37,117 nt of DNA from a virus (Duplodnaviria; Caudoviricetes). The position numbers were made by a program, and so were the translations under genes. How positions within the stretch are numbered: the stretch's first letter is position 1; each line of letters begins with the position of its first letter. Below the pieces are notes generated by a model. That model did no database searches and was not told the DNA's origin. It saw nothing but the letters and a program-made list of their open reading frames with translations. This document shows positions 1 through 9,150 of the stretch, piece after piece. Location of the stretch: IMG/VR virus record IMGVR_UViG_3300006016_000021, positions 1-37,117 of that record; one strand, written 5' to 3'.

Positions 1-753
1 CTAGCGCCTCGCCATCACACCGCAGATGCGGCCGATGATGTGGAGCTGGTCGAGGTTGACCTCGTCCGTTTGAAGCGCGGGGTTGTCGGAGATGATCCGG
101 ACCCGAACCGGCTGGGAGAACGGTACGCGCTGCAGGCGCTTGATCTGAGGTTCGGAGTAACCGTCTGAGATGGCGTAAACGGTGTCGGCCACAAGCCTGG
201 TCTGGGAGAGATCGACGATGACCCGGTCCCCAGGCTGATAGGTCGGCTGCATCGAATCTCCGACAACCTCCATGACAATGGTCCTGGCCGCATTCGCTTC
301 CATGACTCCCACCAAGAACGCTTCGGGCAGCACCCACTCGGCCACCACGCGATGTCCGCTCATTCCACCATTGCCGCCGATGGTCAGCATCTGGCCAACC
401 GTCCCTTCACCGGCACCGAGACGGACGTCGATTTCCGGCCGGGCGCCGGCGATGCGCGGCTTCCAGGTCTCCTGGGAATAGCCTTCGTCGTTCTCGTCTG
501 CGTCCGGGTCGTAGGAGTTGACGAGGCCCTTGGGGCTGGACGTTTTCGGCGTTTTGCCATGACCGCCCAAAAGCCAGTCCAGCGATACGCCTGACGCCGC
601 GGCTATCGCTAGCAAGTCAGAAGCGCGCGGCTCAGTGGGTCCTTTGATCCAGCCGTACATGGTCGTTTTTTTGATGCCTGTTTTTTCCGCCATTTGTGGA
701 ATGCCGCCCAGCATATTGGCGGCCTCTTCGATGCGGCTCCCTAATTCATTCAT
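1..753 (-). CDS. CI-like prophage repressor (XRE HTH + S24 peptidase domain)
   Basis: N-terminal HTH (IPQMAEKTGIKKTTMYGWIKG...PRASDL...VSLDWLLGG); C-terminal VVGDSMQP and IKRL S24 catalytic motifs; divergent from ner. Confidence 0.93.
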   Translation of the reverse strand: MNELGSRIEEAANMLGGIPQMAEKTGIKKTTMYGWIKGPTEPRASDLLAIAAASGVSLDWLLGGHGKTPKTSSPKGLVNSYDPDADENDEGYSQETWKPRIAGARPEIDVRLGAGEGTVGQMLTIGGNGGMSGHRVVAEWVLPEAFLVGVMEANAARTIVMEVVGDSMQPTYQPGDRVIVDLSQTRLVADTVYAISDGYSEPQIKRLQRVPFSQPVRVRIISDNPALQTDEVNLDQLHIIGRICGVMARR

Positions 754-813
754 CCGAATTTTCGTACTAATTCAGTTATTCGGATTGACCGAATACGAAT
801 TCTCGTACAAACT
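753..813. promoter_or_regulatory. Immunity region: two operator-like dyads and a putative rightward early promoter
   Basis: TCCGA-ATTT-TCGTA (753-766) and TACGA-ATTC-TCGTA (794-807); TTGACC (785-790), 17 nt, CAAACT (808-813); AT-rich spacer between divergent genes. Confidence 0.6.
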
Positions 814-887
814 CCCCTCGTTCGCAGAATTACACCATCAAGAAAAGGAGGTCTGAACACCTCCATTTCTAGAACCCGGAGCTCACT

Positions 888-1193
888 ATGCCCGCGACCG
901 AGGATAGAGTCGATCCGCTCGTCAAAGAGCAATCCCGCATCAAAGCCAAGCTGCTCATGGCCGGCATCACGCTCGCCGATATCGATCGCACCTATCATCT
1001 TTCCAGTGGCACGGCACGCAACACCATGCGCGAGCCGAACACCAAAGGCGAACGTGCGATCGCCGCTGCTCTCGGAACCCGGCCACACCTTCTGTGGCCC
1101 AGCCGCTACAGGCCGTCCGGTCAGCGACGATCACCCCAGAATTGGACACGGGTTCCGACTCTTGAGCAACGCCGAAACGAACAGGCGGCATAG
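888..1193 (+). CDS. ner: Ner/Nlp-family transcriptional regulator
   Basis: IKAKLLMAGITLADI...GERAIAAALGTRPHLLWPSRY is the Ner signature; position opposite the repressor. Confidence 0.9.
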   Translation: MPATEDRVDPLVKEQSRIKAKLLMAGITLADIDRTYHLSSGTARNTMREPNTKGERAIAAALGTRPHLLWPSRYRPSGQRRSPQNWTRVPTLEQRRNEQAA

Positions 1194-1195
1194 AC

Positions 1196-1321
1196 ATGAA
1201 GCGGAACCCGTTTTTCCCCGAGTTTTCCGCCGACAGGCAGATCCCGACGCATGTGGTCCTGATCCTCGGATCGCTGCTCACCGGCATCGCGCTCGTCCTC
1301 TTCGCCCATCTGTTTCTGTAG
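1196..1321 (+). CDS. Small 41-aa membrane peptide (absent from ORF track)
   Basis: MKRNPFFPEFSADRQIPTHVVLILGSLLTGIALVLFAHLFL; ATG 2 nt after ner stop; fills the gap to the next RBS; one hydrophobic helix. Confidence 0.6.
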   Translation: MKRNPFFPEFSADRQIPTHVVLILGSLLTGIALVLFAHLFL

Positions 1322-1331
1322 GAGCAAGACC

Positions 1332-1679
1332 ATGAACCGCTACAGCGAGACCGAGCTTTACGATCTCACCTTCCGGGTGTGCGTGGCATCGGTCAAACAG
1401 GCATTCCCGCACATTCCCGTGGCCAACATCATCGACCCGCCGCGCGGACAGTTCGACGCGACGCTTGCCCGGCAGATCGCCATGCATCTGATGATCGGGC
1501 GTTTCGGTCTTGCAAAGATGCGTGCGGGCAAGCTGCTCGGTCGCAAGCGCACATCGATCAACCGGGCGATCGAGATCGTCGACGCCCGGCTCGAGGACGC
1601 AGAGTTCGAAGGCCAGTACCGGATCATCGCGGACCGTGCCGTCGCCATGTTCGACGACAGACTGCGGGAGGCCGCGTGA
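1332..1679 (+). CDS. DnaA C-terminal (domain IV)-like HTH protein
   Basis: ARQIAMHLM...GKLLGRKRTSINRAIEIVD resembles DnaA domain IV; AGGAG RBS upstream. Confidence 0.7.
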   Translation: MNRYSETELYDLTFRVCVASVKQAFPHIPVANIIDPPRGQFDATLARQIAMHLMIGRFGLAKMRAGKLLGRKRTSINRAIEIVDARLEDAEFEGQYRIIADRAVAMFDDRLREAA

Positions 1680-2524
1680 TGGCGATCTTCAAGACCATGC
1701 GCCTTGCTGACATTCACGTGCCCGAGCGACTGCGGGAAGTGGATGACGATTATGCACTCGCGATCCAGGCGTCGATCGTCGAGCATGGGCAGTTTCAGCC
1801 GGTGCTGGTGCGGCAAACGCCGAACGGCAAATGCGGCCACACTCTGGTTGCAGGCGCCACCCGGTTCCGCGCCATTGAATTGCTGGACGATTCGGAGGCG
1901 GAAATTGACACGGCGGTGGTCAAGGCCGACGGCCATGAGGCGGTACTCATCGAGATCGAGGAGAACCTTTTCCGCAACGATCTGTCGGTGATGGACCGAG
2001 CGGTTTTCGTCCAGACCTATCGTGACATGTGGGAGAAAACCCGGGGCGAGATCCGCCCAGGAAAGAACAACCTGCCTAATAGTGCCAAGTTGGCACAATT
2101 AGGTAACTCGCCTGTCGACCTCGTGGCGAAGGAGGCCGAGATTGGCTTTTCCAAAGCCTGCGCCGACCGCCTCGGCGTATCGCGACGCGCCATCTTCCGG
2201 CTCAATACGATCGCCCAGAACCTGCCGCGCGAGGTTCGCCTGGCGATCAGCGGGACCAGAATCGCCGACAATCAGAGCCAGTTGCTGGCGCTGGCCAAGC
2301 TGGAGCCTTCGAAGCGCGCCAAGGCGCATGTCGCGATCCGGGAGAGCAAGGGCGACTTCAGGGCGGCGATGAATCTGCTGGAGCCGCCGGCCAAGAAGCC
2401 GGACCCAGAGATGCAGATCCTGTCGCGGCTGATCGACAGCTGGGAACGGGCCAAGCCCGCCACCCGCAAGAAGTTCCTCTCCCATGCCGGCCTTGTCGCG
2501 GCGCCGAAAGGCGGTGCGACATGA
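1679..2524 (+). CDS. ParB N-terminal domain protein
   Basis: ATG overlaps previous stop (TGATG); SIVEHGQFQPVLVR, LVAGATRFRA, IEIEENLFRNDLS ParB/Srx motifs plus HTH. Confidence 0.85.
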   Translation: MAIFKTMRLADIHVPERLREVDDDYALAIQASIVEHGQFQPVLVRQTPNGKCGHTLVAGATRFRAIELLDDSEAEIDTAVVKADGHEAVLIEIEENLFRNDLSVMDRAVFVQTYRDMWEKTRGEIRPGKNNLPNSAKLAQLGNSPVDLVAKEAEIGFSKACADRLGVSRRAIFRLNTIAQNLPREVRLAISGTRIADNQSQLLALAKLEPSKRAKAHVAIRESKGDFRAAMNLLEPPAKKPDPEMQILSRLIDSWERAKPATRKKFLSHAGLVAAPKGGAT

Positions 2525-2988
2525 TCAAGACCCATCCCGACCAATTGGGCCTGTTCGAGGACCGGCTCTATCCGGACCGGATCGAAGTCGCATCCGTCGA
2601 CCTCGACCGCTTCCGCTCCGAGATCAAGCGGGCGATGTCACGGGCCATCCGCGAAAGCGGGCTCGACCGGCAGACGATCGCCGCGCGCATGGCGCAGTAT
2701 CTTGGCCTGCCTAACCTGTCGAAAACGACGCTCGACGCCTACACGGCCGAGAGCAAGGAAAGCCACGACATCAGCCTCCTGAGGTTCTCGGCCTTCGTCC
2801 ATGCGACGGGGGCCAAATGGCTGTTCGACCTGGTCGTGTCGAAGGCCGGCATGACGGTGCTCGAGGGCTCCGAGGCCAAGTTTGCCGAGATCGCCCGGCT
2901 CGACCAGGAGCGGCGCTCGATCAATGCGGAGCTGAGGAAGCTGCGCGCCCGGCCTGTCGAGCCCAAGGGTTGGAGGCGGCGCACATGA
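2521..2988 (+). CDS. Hypothetical early protein (possible HTH DNA-binding)
   Basis: ATGA coupling; SGLDRQTIAARMAQYLG...SKTTLDAYTAES is HTH-like. Confidence 0.65.
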   Translation: MIKTHPDQLGLFEDRLYPDRIEVASVDLDRFRSEIKRAMSRAIRESGLDRQTIAARMAQYLGLPNLSKTTLDAYTAESKESHDISLLRFSAFVHATGAKWLFDLVVSKAGMTVLEGSEAKFAEIARLDQERRSINAELRKLRARPVEPKGWRRRT

Positions 2989-3206
2989 CGATTTCCCTGA
3001 TCGGACAGATTGCCGAGGTCGATCGCGAGATCGCCAAGCGGCACGAGGTTTACCCGAGGCAGGTGGCGGCAGGCAGAATGAAGAAGGCTGAGGCTGAGCT
3101 GCTGATCGGCAGAATGCAGGCGGTGCGGGCAAGCCTCAAATTTCTCCAAATCCATGAGGCCGACATCCGCGCGATGATCGCAGCCAAGCGGGCGAGCCGA
3201 TCATGA
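2985..3206 (+). CDS. Hypothetical phage protein (73 aa)
   Basis: GGAGG RBS; ATGA overlaps at both ends; MTISLIGQIAEVDREIAKRHEVYPRQV. Confidence 0.7.
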   Translation: MTISLIGQIAEVDREIAKRHEVYPRQVAAGRMKKAEAELLIGRMQAVRASLKFLQIHEADIRAMIAAKRASRS

Positions 3207-5146
3207 AGCAATATTTCAGCCCGAAGGAAATCGCCGAGGCCGCAGGGTTGTCCGAGCGAGCTGTCAACAAGATGGCCACCAAACACCACTGGCGGCATCA
3301 GGCCGGCAAGGCGCAAAAGCGAGACGGCAGCGGCGGCGGCTGGGAATACCACCTGTCGCTGCTGCCGCACTCCGCGCAAGCGCGGCTGAAGATGGCGCAG
3401 GCTACCACTTCCAAACCGGATCCGGCTGCTGACGCCCGTTCGAAATTGTGGGCTGATTACGAAGGCCTCTCGAAGGACCGGAAAGCGGCTTGCGAAACGC
3501 GTTTGAAGGTGGTGGCTGAGGTCGCCAATCTGATCAAGGGCGGGCTCGGCGAAACGGCGGCGTGTGCGCTTGCGGCCGAGACCCACAAGGTCAGTCCGCG
3601 CGCGATCCGCAACTGGCGGGCGCGTATCGCGGGCGTCGAACGGCAGGACTGGCTGGCGGCGCTTGCGGATCAATATAGGTCGGCGTCAAGCTTCGCGGAA
3701 TGCGACGCAAAGGCCTGGGCGGCGCTCAAGAGCGATTATCTGAGGCCGGAAGCCCCGGCGTTTTCGGCATGCTATCGCCGCATGAAGTCGGCCGCAGCCG
3801 AACGGGGCTGGGCACCGATCCCGGCGGAGCGGGCGCTGCGGCGGCGGCTTGAGGCGGAAGTTCCCCGGCCGGTGATGGCCGCGGCCCGGAAAAAGCGCGA
3901 TGACGTCAAGAATCTCTATCCGGCGCAGCGCCGTGATCGCTCGATGCTGCACGCGATGGAGGCCTTCAACATGGATGGCCACAAGCTCGACGTATTCGTG
4001 CGGCTACCAGGGGTAAAGCTGCCTGTCCGCGTCATACTGGTTGCGCTGCAGGACCTCTATTCGGGCAAGATAGTCGCCTGGCGGATATCGCCTTCGGAAA
4101 ACAAGGACACGGTGCGGCTGGTCATCGGCGACATGGTGACCCGGCACGGTATCCCCGAGACATTCCTGCTCGACAACGGAAGGGCCTTTGCCTCGAAATG
4201 GATCACCGGAGGCACGAAGACACGTTACCGTTTCAAGATCCGTGACGAGGATCCCAACGGCCTTCTGACCGCGCTGGGGATCAATGTAGTCTGGGCGACG
4301 CCGCATGCGGGTCAGTCCAAACCGATCGAACGGGCCTTCCGCGATCTGGCCGAAGAGATTGCCAAGCATCCGTTCTGCTCGGGCGCGTATACCGGCAACA
4401 CGCCGGACGCAAAGCCCGAAAACTACGGCAACAGCGCCATTCCGCTCATGGATTTCAAGGTTCACGTCGACCGGATGATCGCTGAGCACAATGCACGGCC
4501 CGGCCGCACCGCTGCAAACTGCAAAGGCCGCTCATTCGACGAGACCTTCACCGCATCGCTCAACGATCCGGCGACGCTTGTGCGCTGGCCAACCGAGAAC
4601 CAGCGCGCGCTCTGGCTTCTCGCAGCCGAGCGGATCCGGACCAAGAAGGGCTCGGGCGAGATCGAGATTTTCGGCAACCGCTATTGGAACGAGGCGCTGA
4701 ACGCGATCGCGGGAGACCGGGTCACGGTCCGGTTCGATCCGGATCATCTGACCGATCCAATCCGGGTCTATGACGCCAAGGACAATCTGATCTGTGTGGC
4801 GGACTGCATCGCCGACACCGGTTTCTTCGACACGGTTGCCGCGCGCGACCATGCTGCCAAGCGCAACCTGCTGACCAAGACGATCCGCGAGAGCGCGCGG
4901 CTCCATGCCGAGCTGTCTCCCGATGCGCTGGCCGAAATCTACGGAGCGGGCAAGTCCGCGCTCAAGCCGAAACCGGAACCGCCCAAGTTCAAACGTGTCG
5001 CAGGCGGCGGCTTGCGGGCTCAGCCCTCAATGGAAACCTCTGCCGAGTGGGACGAGGCGGCAGAAGCCGACTTCTCCCGCGCCATGCGGAGGCTTGAGGC
5101 AAACATCATCGACTTCCCCGTCAGCGGGGAGAAACTGGGCCGATAA
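3203..5146 (+). CDS. MuA: MuA-family DDE transposase
   Basis: N-terminal Mu enhancer-binding HTH (GGGWEYHLSLLP); DGHKLD, LLDNGRAFASK, SKPIERAF DDE core; RFDPDHL C-terminal domain. Confidence 0.95.
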   Translation: MKQYFSPKEIAEAAGLSERAVNKMATKHHWRHQAGKAQKRDGSGGGWEYHLSLLPHSAQARLKMAQATTSKPDPAADARSKLWADYEGLSKDRKAACETRLKVVAEVANLIKGGLGETAACALAAETHKVSPRAIRNWRARIAGVERQDWLAALADQYRSASSFAECDAKAWAALKSDYLRPEAPAFSACYRRMKSAAAERGWAPIPAERALRRRLEAEVPRPVMAAARKKRDDVKNLYPAQRRDRSMLHAMEAFNMDGHKLDVFVRLPGVKLPVRVILVALQDLYSGKIVAWRISPSENKDTVRLVIGDMVTRHGIPETFLLDNGRAFASKWITGGTKTRYRFKIRDEDPNGLLTALGINVVWATPHAGQSKPIERAFRDLAEEIAKHPFCSGAYTGNTPDAKPENYGNSAIPLMDFKVHVDRMIAEHNARPGRTAANCKGRSFDETFTASLNDPATLVRWPTENQRALWLLAAERIRTKKGSGEIEIFGNRYWNEALNAIAGDRVTVRFDPDHLTDPIRVYDAKDNLICVADCIADTGFFDTVAARDHAAKRNLLTKTIRESARLHAELSPDALAEIYGAGKSALKPKPEPPKFKRVAGGGLRAQPSMETSAEWDEAAEADFSRAMRRLEANIIDFPVSGEKLGR

Positions 5147-5162
5147 GTGTCGTGTATGGCCC

Positions 5163-5190
5163 AAAAAAACGGGCGGGTAAAACCCCGCCC
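5163..5190 (-). terminator. Intrinsic terminator-like hairpin oriented on the minus strand
   Basis: GGGCGGG-taaaac-CCCGCCC stem preceded by an A7 run (U-tract on minus strand). Confidence 0.5.
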
Positions 5191-5215
5191 AAGCAATCTA
5201 GCAAGGACAAAATAG

Positions 5216-6256
5216 ATGAATGACACGACAAGCACAAGTGGACAGTCCCCCGCAACTGGATGGAGCCTTCCGGTCGCCCATCCGGACATCTCCGGCAATC
5301 GTCCGGGGCGGTCCGAACAGGATCTGCAGCGCTGGATACAGCTGACCGCCAAGGTGGCGGAAATCGGCCAGCTCAACGGCTGGAGCAAGTCCAATGTCGC
5401 CCAGCGCATCGGCATGGCGGACGGCACGTTCAACCAGTGGTTCTCCGGCAAATACGAAGGCCGGCTCGAAACCCAGAACGAGAAGGTGGAGCGCTGGATC
5501 GCATCGGCGGAGGAAATGTCGGGGCTCGCCGCAACCGTTCCGGTGAGCCCGGGCTTCATCCTGACACGGACAGCAAGCGAGATCACCGAAACGCTGCTGT
5601 TTGCGCAGATGATGCCCGATCTCGTGACGGTCACCGCGACGGCTGGCAGCGGCAAGACGATGGCCTGCTGCCAGTTCGCCAACACCCGCCCCAACGTTCA
5701 CATGGTGACCATCTCGCCGCATACGAAAACCGTGCACGGGATGCTGGTCGAGCTCGCGGACGCGCTCAACATCACCCAGCATAATCCGGCCAAGCTGGTG
5801 CGCGCGGTGGGGCGGCGGGTGCTCAACAACGGGTCGGGCTCGCTGCTCATTCTGGATGAGGCGCAGAACCTGGTCGACAGCGCCATCGATCAGCTCCGGC
5901 ATTTCGTCGACATCTACTCCTGCGGCGTGGCGCTGGTCGGCAACGAGGAAATCTACTCGCGGTTCACCCGGAGCATCGATGGGCCTTCCTATGCCCAGAT
6001 CAAGAGCCGGATCGGCAAGCGACTGAGGCTGTCCAAGCCCCGCGCTGAAGACATCAACGCCCTGCTGGACGCCTGGGCGCTCACCGACGCGGAGGTGCGC
6101 AAGGTGCTGACCGGCATCGGCATGAAGCCGGGCGGGCTGCGCCAGATCGACAAGACGATCAAGCTGGCGGGCATGCGCGCCGCCGGTGCGGGCAAGCCGA
6201 TCGATGCGGCCATGATCCGCGCCGCCTGGGCGAACCGCGACGTGGAGGGCATGTGA
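5216..6256 (+). CDS. MuB: MuB-like AAA ATPase (transposition target capture)
   Basis: N-terminal HTH; Walker A ATAGSGKT; Walker B LLILDEAQNL; follows MuA. Confidence 0.92.
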   Translation: MNDTTSTSGQSPATGWSLPVAHPDISGNRPGRSEQDLQRWIQLTAKVAEIGQLNGWSKSNVAQRIGMADGTFNQWFSGKYEGRLETQNEKVERWIASAEEMSGLAATVPVSPGFILTRTASEITETLLFAQMMPDLVTVTATAGSGKTMACCQFANTRPNVHMVTISPHTKTVHGMLVELADALNITQHNPAKLVRAVGRRVLNNGSGSLLILDEAQNLVDSAIDQLRHFVDIYSCGVALVGNEEIYSRFTRSIDGPSYAQIKSRIGKRLRLSKPRAEDINALLDAWALTDAEVRKVLTGIGMKPGGLRQIDKTIKLAGMRAAGAGKPIDAAMIRAAWANRDVEGM

Positions 6257-6257
6257 G

Positions 6258-6578
6258 ATGGCCGCGCTCTCGCGCACCTCGCCAATCAGCCGCGAGATCG
6301 GACTGATCGCCGAACTTGTCTCGCAGAACATGACCGAGGACGGGTTCACGCTGCCCGGGGACAAGGCCGCAGTGCTGCTCAAGAGGCTTGAGCTGATCAA
6401 GCGGGCGATCGCCATGCTTGAGCACGAGCTTGGGATCCACCGCGCCAAGGAGCAGGAAAGCGCTGCGGCCGGCATTCTTGACGACCTGTGCATGGAAGTC
6501 CTGCAGGGCGGCGTTCTCGACACCGCCCGGGACGGGCCGGTCGTCTATCCGGACTTCAGGAAGGGGAAGCGGCCATGA
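6258..6578 (+). CDS. Hypothetical protein
   Basis: GGAGG RBS; tightly packed in early operon. Confidence 0.65.
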   Translation: MAALSRTSPISREIGLIAELVSQNMTEDGFTLPGDKAAVLLKRLELIKRAIAMLEHELGIHRAKEQESAAAGILDDLCMEVLQGGVLDTARDGPVVYPDFRKGKRP

Positions 6579-6859
6579 CCGAGTTCCTTTCCGATCACCT
6601 CAAGGCTCTGCGGGACGGGATGAAGCGGCATGCCCATGGCGGCAAGCGGTTTTCGTCGGACGAGATCGTGGGCCTGGTCGAGCGGCTCGACGAGCTGGCC
6701 GATCTGGCGCGCCTGCAGGAGAACCAGCTGTCGCGGCACGAATGGAACGAGGCCGCGCGGCGGGAGGCGATGATTGCCGAGGCCGGCAATGTGTTCGTGC
6801 TGGCCCGGCCGCGGCCTGCTGCGCCGCGGCATCCGGGCGGCGGAGGGAATGCGGCATGA
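6575..6859 (+). CDS. Hypothetical protein (94 aa)
   Basis: ATGA overlap with previous stop; MTEFLSDHLKALRDGMKRH. Confidence 0.65.
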   Translation: MTEFLSDHLKALRDGMKRHAHGGKRFSSDEIVGLVERLDELADLARLQENQLSRHEWNEAARREAMIAEAGNVFVLARPRPAAPRHPGGGGNAA

Positions 6860-7308
6860 GCGCCTCCTTGAGGAAAGCCGTTGAGGCGCCGGAACCGGTC
6901 GACGTGGTCGAATTCGCGGGACTGCTGGTCAATTCGCGCCGGGCAGCGCTCGATCTGACAGTCGACCAGGTGCGCGAAATGGCGGCAGCTGTGCTGATCC
7001 TCGACCAGCAGCTCCGCGACACCAACCGGCGAATGGCCACCATGATGCTGGCGGAGGACGCGCCGCCCGCTCCGCCACCGGCCAAGCCGGAACCGGCGCC
7101 AGCCACGCCCGCCAGAAGCGAAGTGGTGCATGTACCGCTTGTCACGGGCGGCAGCGCCGCCCTGACCTCGGCGCTTGAGGACCTGGCCAAGGCGCGCTGG
7201 CACCTTGAGCAGGAGCGCCACAGCGCGGGCGAGAACCTTGCTCGGCAGAAATTCGAACGGGCGGCGATCGCCGTCTGCAATCACGTCACCCCGAAACAGA
7301 GGACATGA
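6856..7308 (+). CDS. Hypothetical protein (150 aa, Pro-rich linker)
   Basis: GGAGGG RBS; ATGA overlap; MSASLRKAVEAPEPVDVV. Confidence 0.65.
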   Translation: MSASLRKAVEAPEPVDVVEFAGLLVNSRRAALDLTVDQVREMAAAVLILDQQLRDTNRRMATMMLAEDAPPAPPPAKPEPAPATPARSEVVHVPLVTGGSAALTSALEDLAKARWHLEQERHSAGENLARQKFERAAIAVCNHVTPKQRT

Positions 7309-7973
7309 ACATGAACACCGCAGTCATTCTCGAAGAACGGCCCGAAGAGGGCGTCACGATGGTCAACGGCAAGCCCTACATGGCGGACGCCAAAGGCGCG
7401 CTTGTGCCGCTCGAAATGGTCAAGGCGGCCGACAAGCTGGAAGACGAGACGGTGCGCAAGATCATGGGGTTTGCCCGCGATCTCTCCGCCCAGCTGGCGC
7501 GGTTTCGCGGGCACACGATGACGGATCTGGGCGAGTTCGACGCGTTGCTGGATCAGGAATACGGCGTCAAGAAGGGCGGCAAGAAGGGCAACCGCACCTA
7601 TCAGACCTTCGACGGGCTGCAGCGGGTGTCCGTCTCTGTCGCCGACTTTGTCGATTTCGGGCCGCAGCTGCAGGTGGCCAAAACGCTGATCGACGAATGC
7701 CTCAACGAATGGGCGGCTGATAGCGGGCCCGAGATCCGCGCCATCGTCACCCGCGCCTTCAATACCGACAAGGAGGGGCAGATCAACCGCTCCGAGATCT
7801 TCATGCTGCTCCGGCTGCCGATCGAGGACGAGCGCTGGGTGCGGGCCATGGAGGCGATCCGCGACGCGATGCGGGTGACCGGGTCGAAGGAATATGTCCG
7901 GTTTTATGTGCGCAAGCGGATCACCGACGGATGGCAGGCAGTGACCATCGATCTCGCAAAGGCAGGTGCGTGA
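7305..7973 (+). CDS. DUF3164-family Mu-like phage protein
   Basis: YMADAKGALVP, GGKKGN, FGPQLQVAKTLIDECL, AFNTDKEG, WVRAMEAIRDA...GSKEYVRFY. Confidence 0.85.
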   Translation: MNMNTAVILEERPEEGVTMVNGKPYMADAKGALVPLEMVKAADKLEDETVRKIMGFARDLSAQLARFRGHTMTDLGEFDALLDQEYGVKKGGKKGNRTYQTFDGLQRVSVSVADFVDFGPQLQVAKTLIDECLNEWAADSGPEIRAIVTRAFNTDKEGQINRSEIFMLLRLPIEDERWVRAMEAIRDAMRVTGSKEYVRFYVRKRITDGWQAVTIDLAKAGA

Positions 7974-8083
7974 TGGGGCTGCTCAATGATCCGCTTTTTC
8001 GCGCAGCAAGATGGCTGGCGGAAAACCAGACCGCCCGCATGACAGCGCCATCCAAGCTCAACGGCCGGACAAGAGACACCTGA
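7973..8083 (+). CDS. Small hypothetical protein (36 aa, absent from ORF track)
   Basis: TGATG coupling; MGLLNDPLFRAARWLAENQTARMTAPSKLNGRTRDT; fills the gap exactly. Confidence 0.45.
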   Translation: MGLLNDPLFRAARWLAENQTARMTAPSKLNGRTRDT

Positions 8084-8084
8084 C

Positions 8085-8276
8085 ATGCGCCGGCCCGCCA
8101 CACCCGAACCAGTCGATCTGTTTCGGTGGCGGGACGTACGCGACATCGAGGCGCGGCGCCAGGAGCTGGCGCGGCGGATCAAGACACTCAAACCCAACGC
8201 ATGGCGACGGATCGAGCTGCAGGCGCAACTCGCGCAACTGACCGTCGAAGCGCTAAAACTGGAGACGAGACGATGA
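8085..8276 (+). CDS. Hypothetical protein (63 aa)
   Basis: Packed in operon; ATGA coupling to gemA. Confidence 0.6.
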   Translation: MRRPATPEPVDLFRWRDVRDIEARRQELARRIKTLKPNAWRRIELQAQLAQLTVEALKLETRR

Positions 8277-8902
8277 GCGCGCTCGCCAAACTGCATATCG
8301 CCAAGAAGCAGCTGGGGCTGGATGACGACACCTGGCGCGATCTGCTGGAGCGGGAAACCGGCAAGCGATCGTCGAAAGACATGAGCGACGGCGAGCGCGG
8401 CCGGGTGCTGGACGTGCTCAAGCAACAGGGCTTCAAGCCCGCCTCGAAGTCTTCTCGAAAGGGGCTTGAGGGCAAGTATGCGGGCAAGCTGCAGGCGCTG
8501 TGGATCGCGGGATGGAACCTCGGCTTGGTGCGCAACCGGGACGACGCGGCGCTGCTGGCTTTCGTCAAACGGCAGACCGGCATCGATCACACGCGGTTCC
8601 TGCGTTACCACGACGACGCAGCGAAGGCGATCGAGGCGCTGAAGGCGTGGCTTGCGCGCGACGGCGGTGTCGACTGGACGAAGGACCGGTTATTGCCGGA
8701 CTGGACGCAGGCGAACGGCTACCGGATCGGGCGGGCGCAGCATGCGAAGCTCTGCCGGCTTGATGAACGCACGCTTAAGGCCTTTGACCAATGGCTTATG
8801 GCCGGCTTTGCGAGCCCGCCGCTGATGACCGATCGGTCGTGGATCGACGCGCTGAACAGGCTCGGCGTTCTGATCCGCGACGCGCAGAAGGGTGTTGCGT
8901 GA
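8273..8902 (+). CDS. gemA: GemA / Mu gp16 (DUF1018) family protein
   Basis: LAKLHIAKKQLGLDDDTWRDLL...TGKRSSKDMS; ALLAFVKRQTG; IEALKAW. Confidence 0.88.
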   Translation: MSALAKLHIAKKQLGLDDDTWRDLLERETGKRSSKDMSDGERGRVLDVLKQQGFKPASKSSRKGLEGKYAGKLQALWIAGWNLGLVRNRDDAALLAFVKRQTGIDHTRFLRYHDDAAKAIEALKAWLARDGGVDWTKDRLLPDWTQANGYRIGRAQHAKLCRLDERTLKAFDQWLMAGFASPPLMTDRSWIDALNRLGVLIRDAQKGVA

Positions 8903-9150
8903 TGGGGACCGTGGTGACGGATCACGCGGTTCTGCGGTGGCTGGAAAGGGCCTGCAATATCGATGTAGAGGCTGTCCGGTGTCTGATCGGGGATTGTTGC
9001 GCGCGCGGGCTCGATGCCGATTGCAGGTGCATCGTCATCGACGGTTTGAAATTCATTGCAAAGGAAGACGGGACGATCGTCACGGCGCTGCATAAGCGGC
9101 CGAAAGCCAGCGGGCCTGTCAAGGGGCGTGGCAGAAGGCGGGAGAAATGA
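8902..9150 (+). CDS. Hypothetical phage protein (82 aa, TDHAVLRWLER motif)
   Basis: TGATG coupling; VTDHAVLRWLER and GTIVT motifs; Cys-rich. Confidence 0.7.
   Translation: MGTVVTDHAVLRWLERACNIDVEAVRCLIGDCCARGLDADCRCIVIDGLKFIAKEDGTIVTALHKRPKASGPVKGRGRRREK

Noticed and set aside
1379-1678. Long N-terminal extensions in the ORF track (also 6418, 8126, 9526, 11994, 27753, 29109)
   Set aside because: They overlap upstream genes; downstream ATGs with RBS or stop-start coupling fit better
5198-6523. 441-aa antisense ORF over MuB
   Set aside because: Shadow ORF with no domain signature, although it ends near the minus-strand terminator
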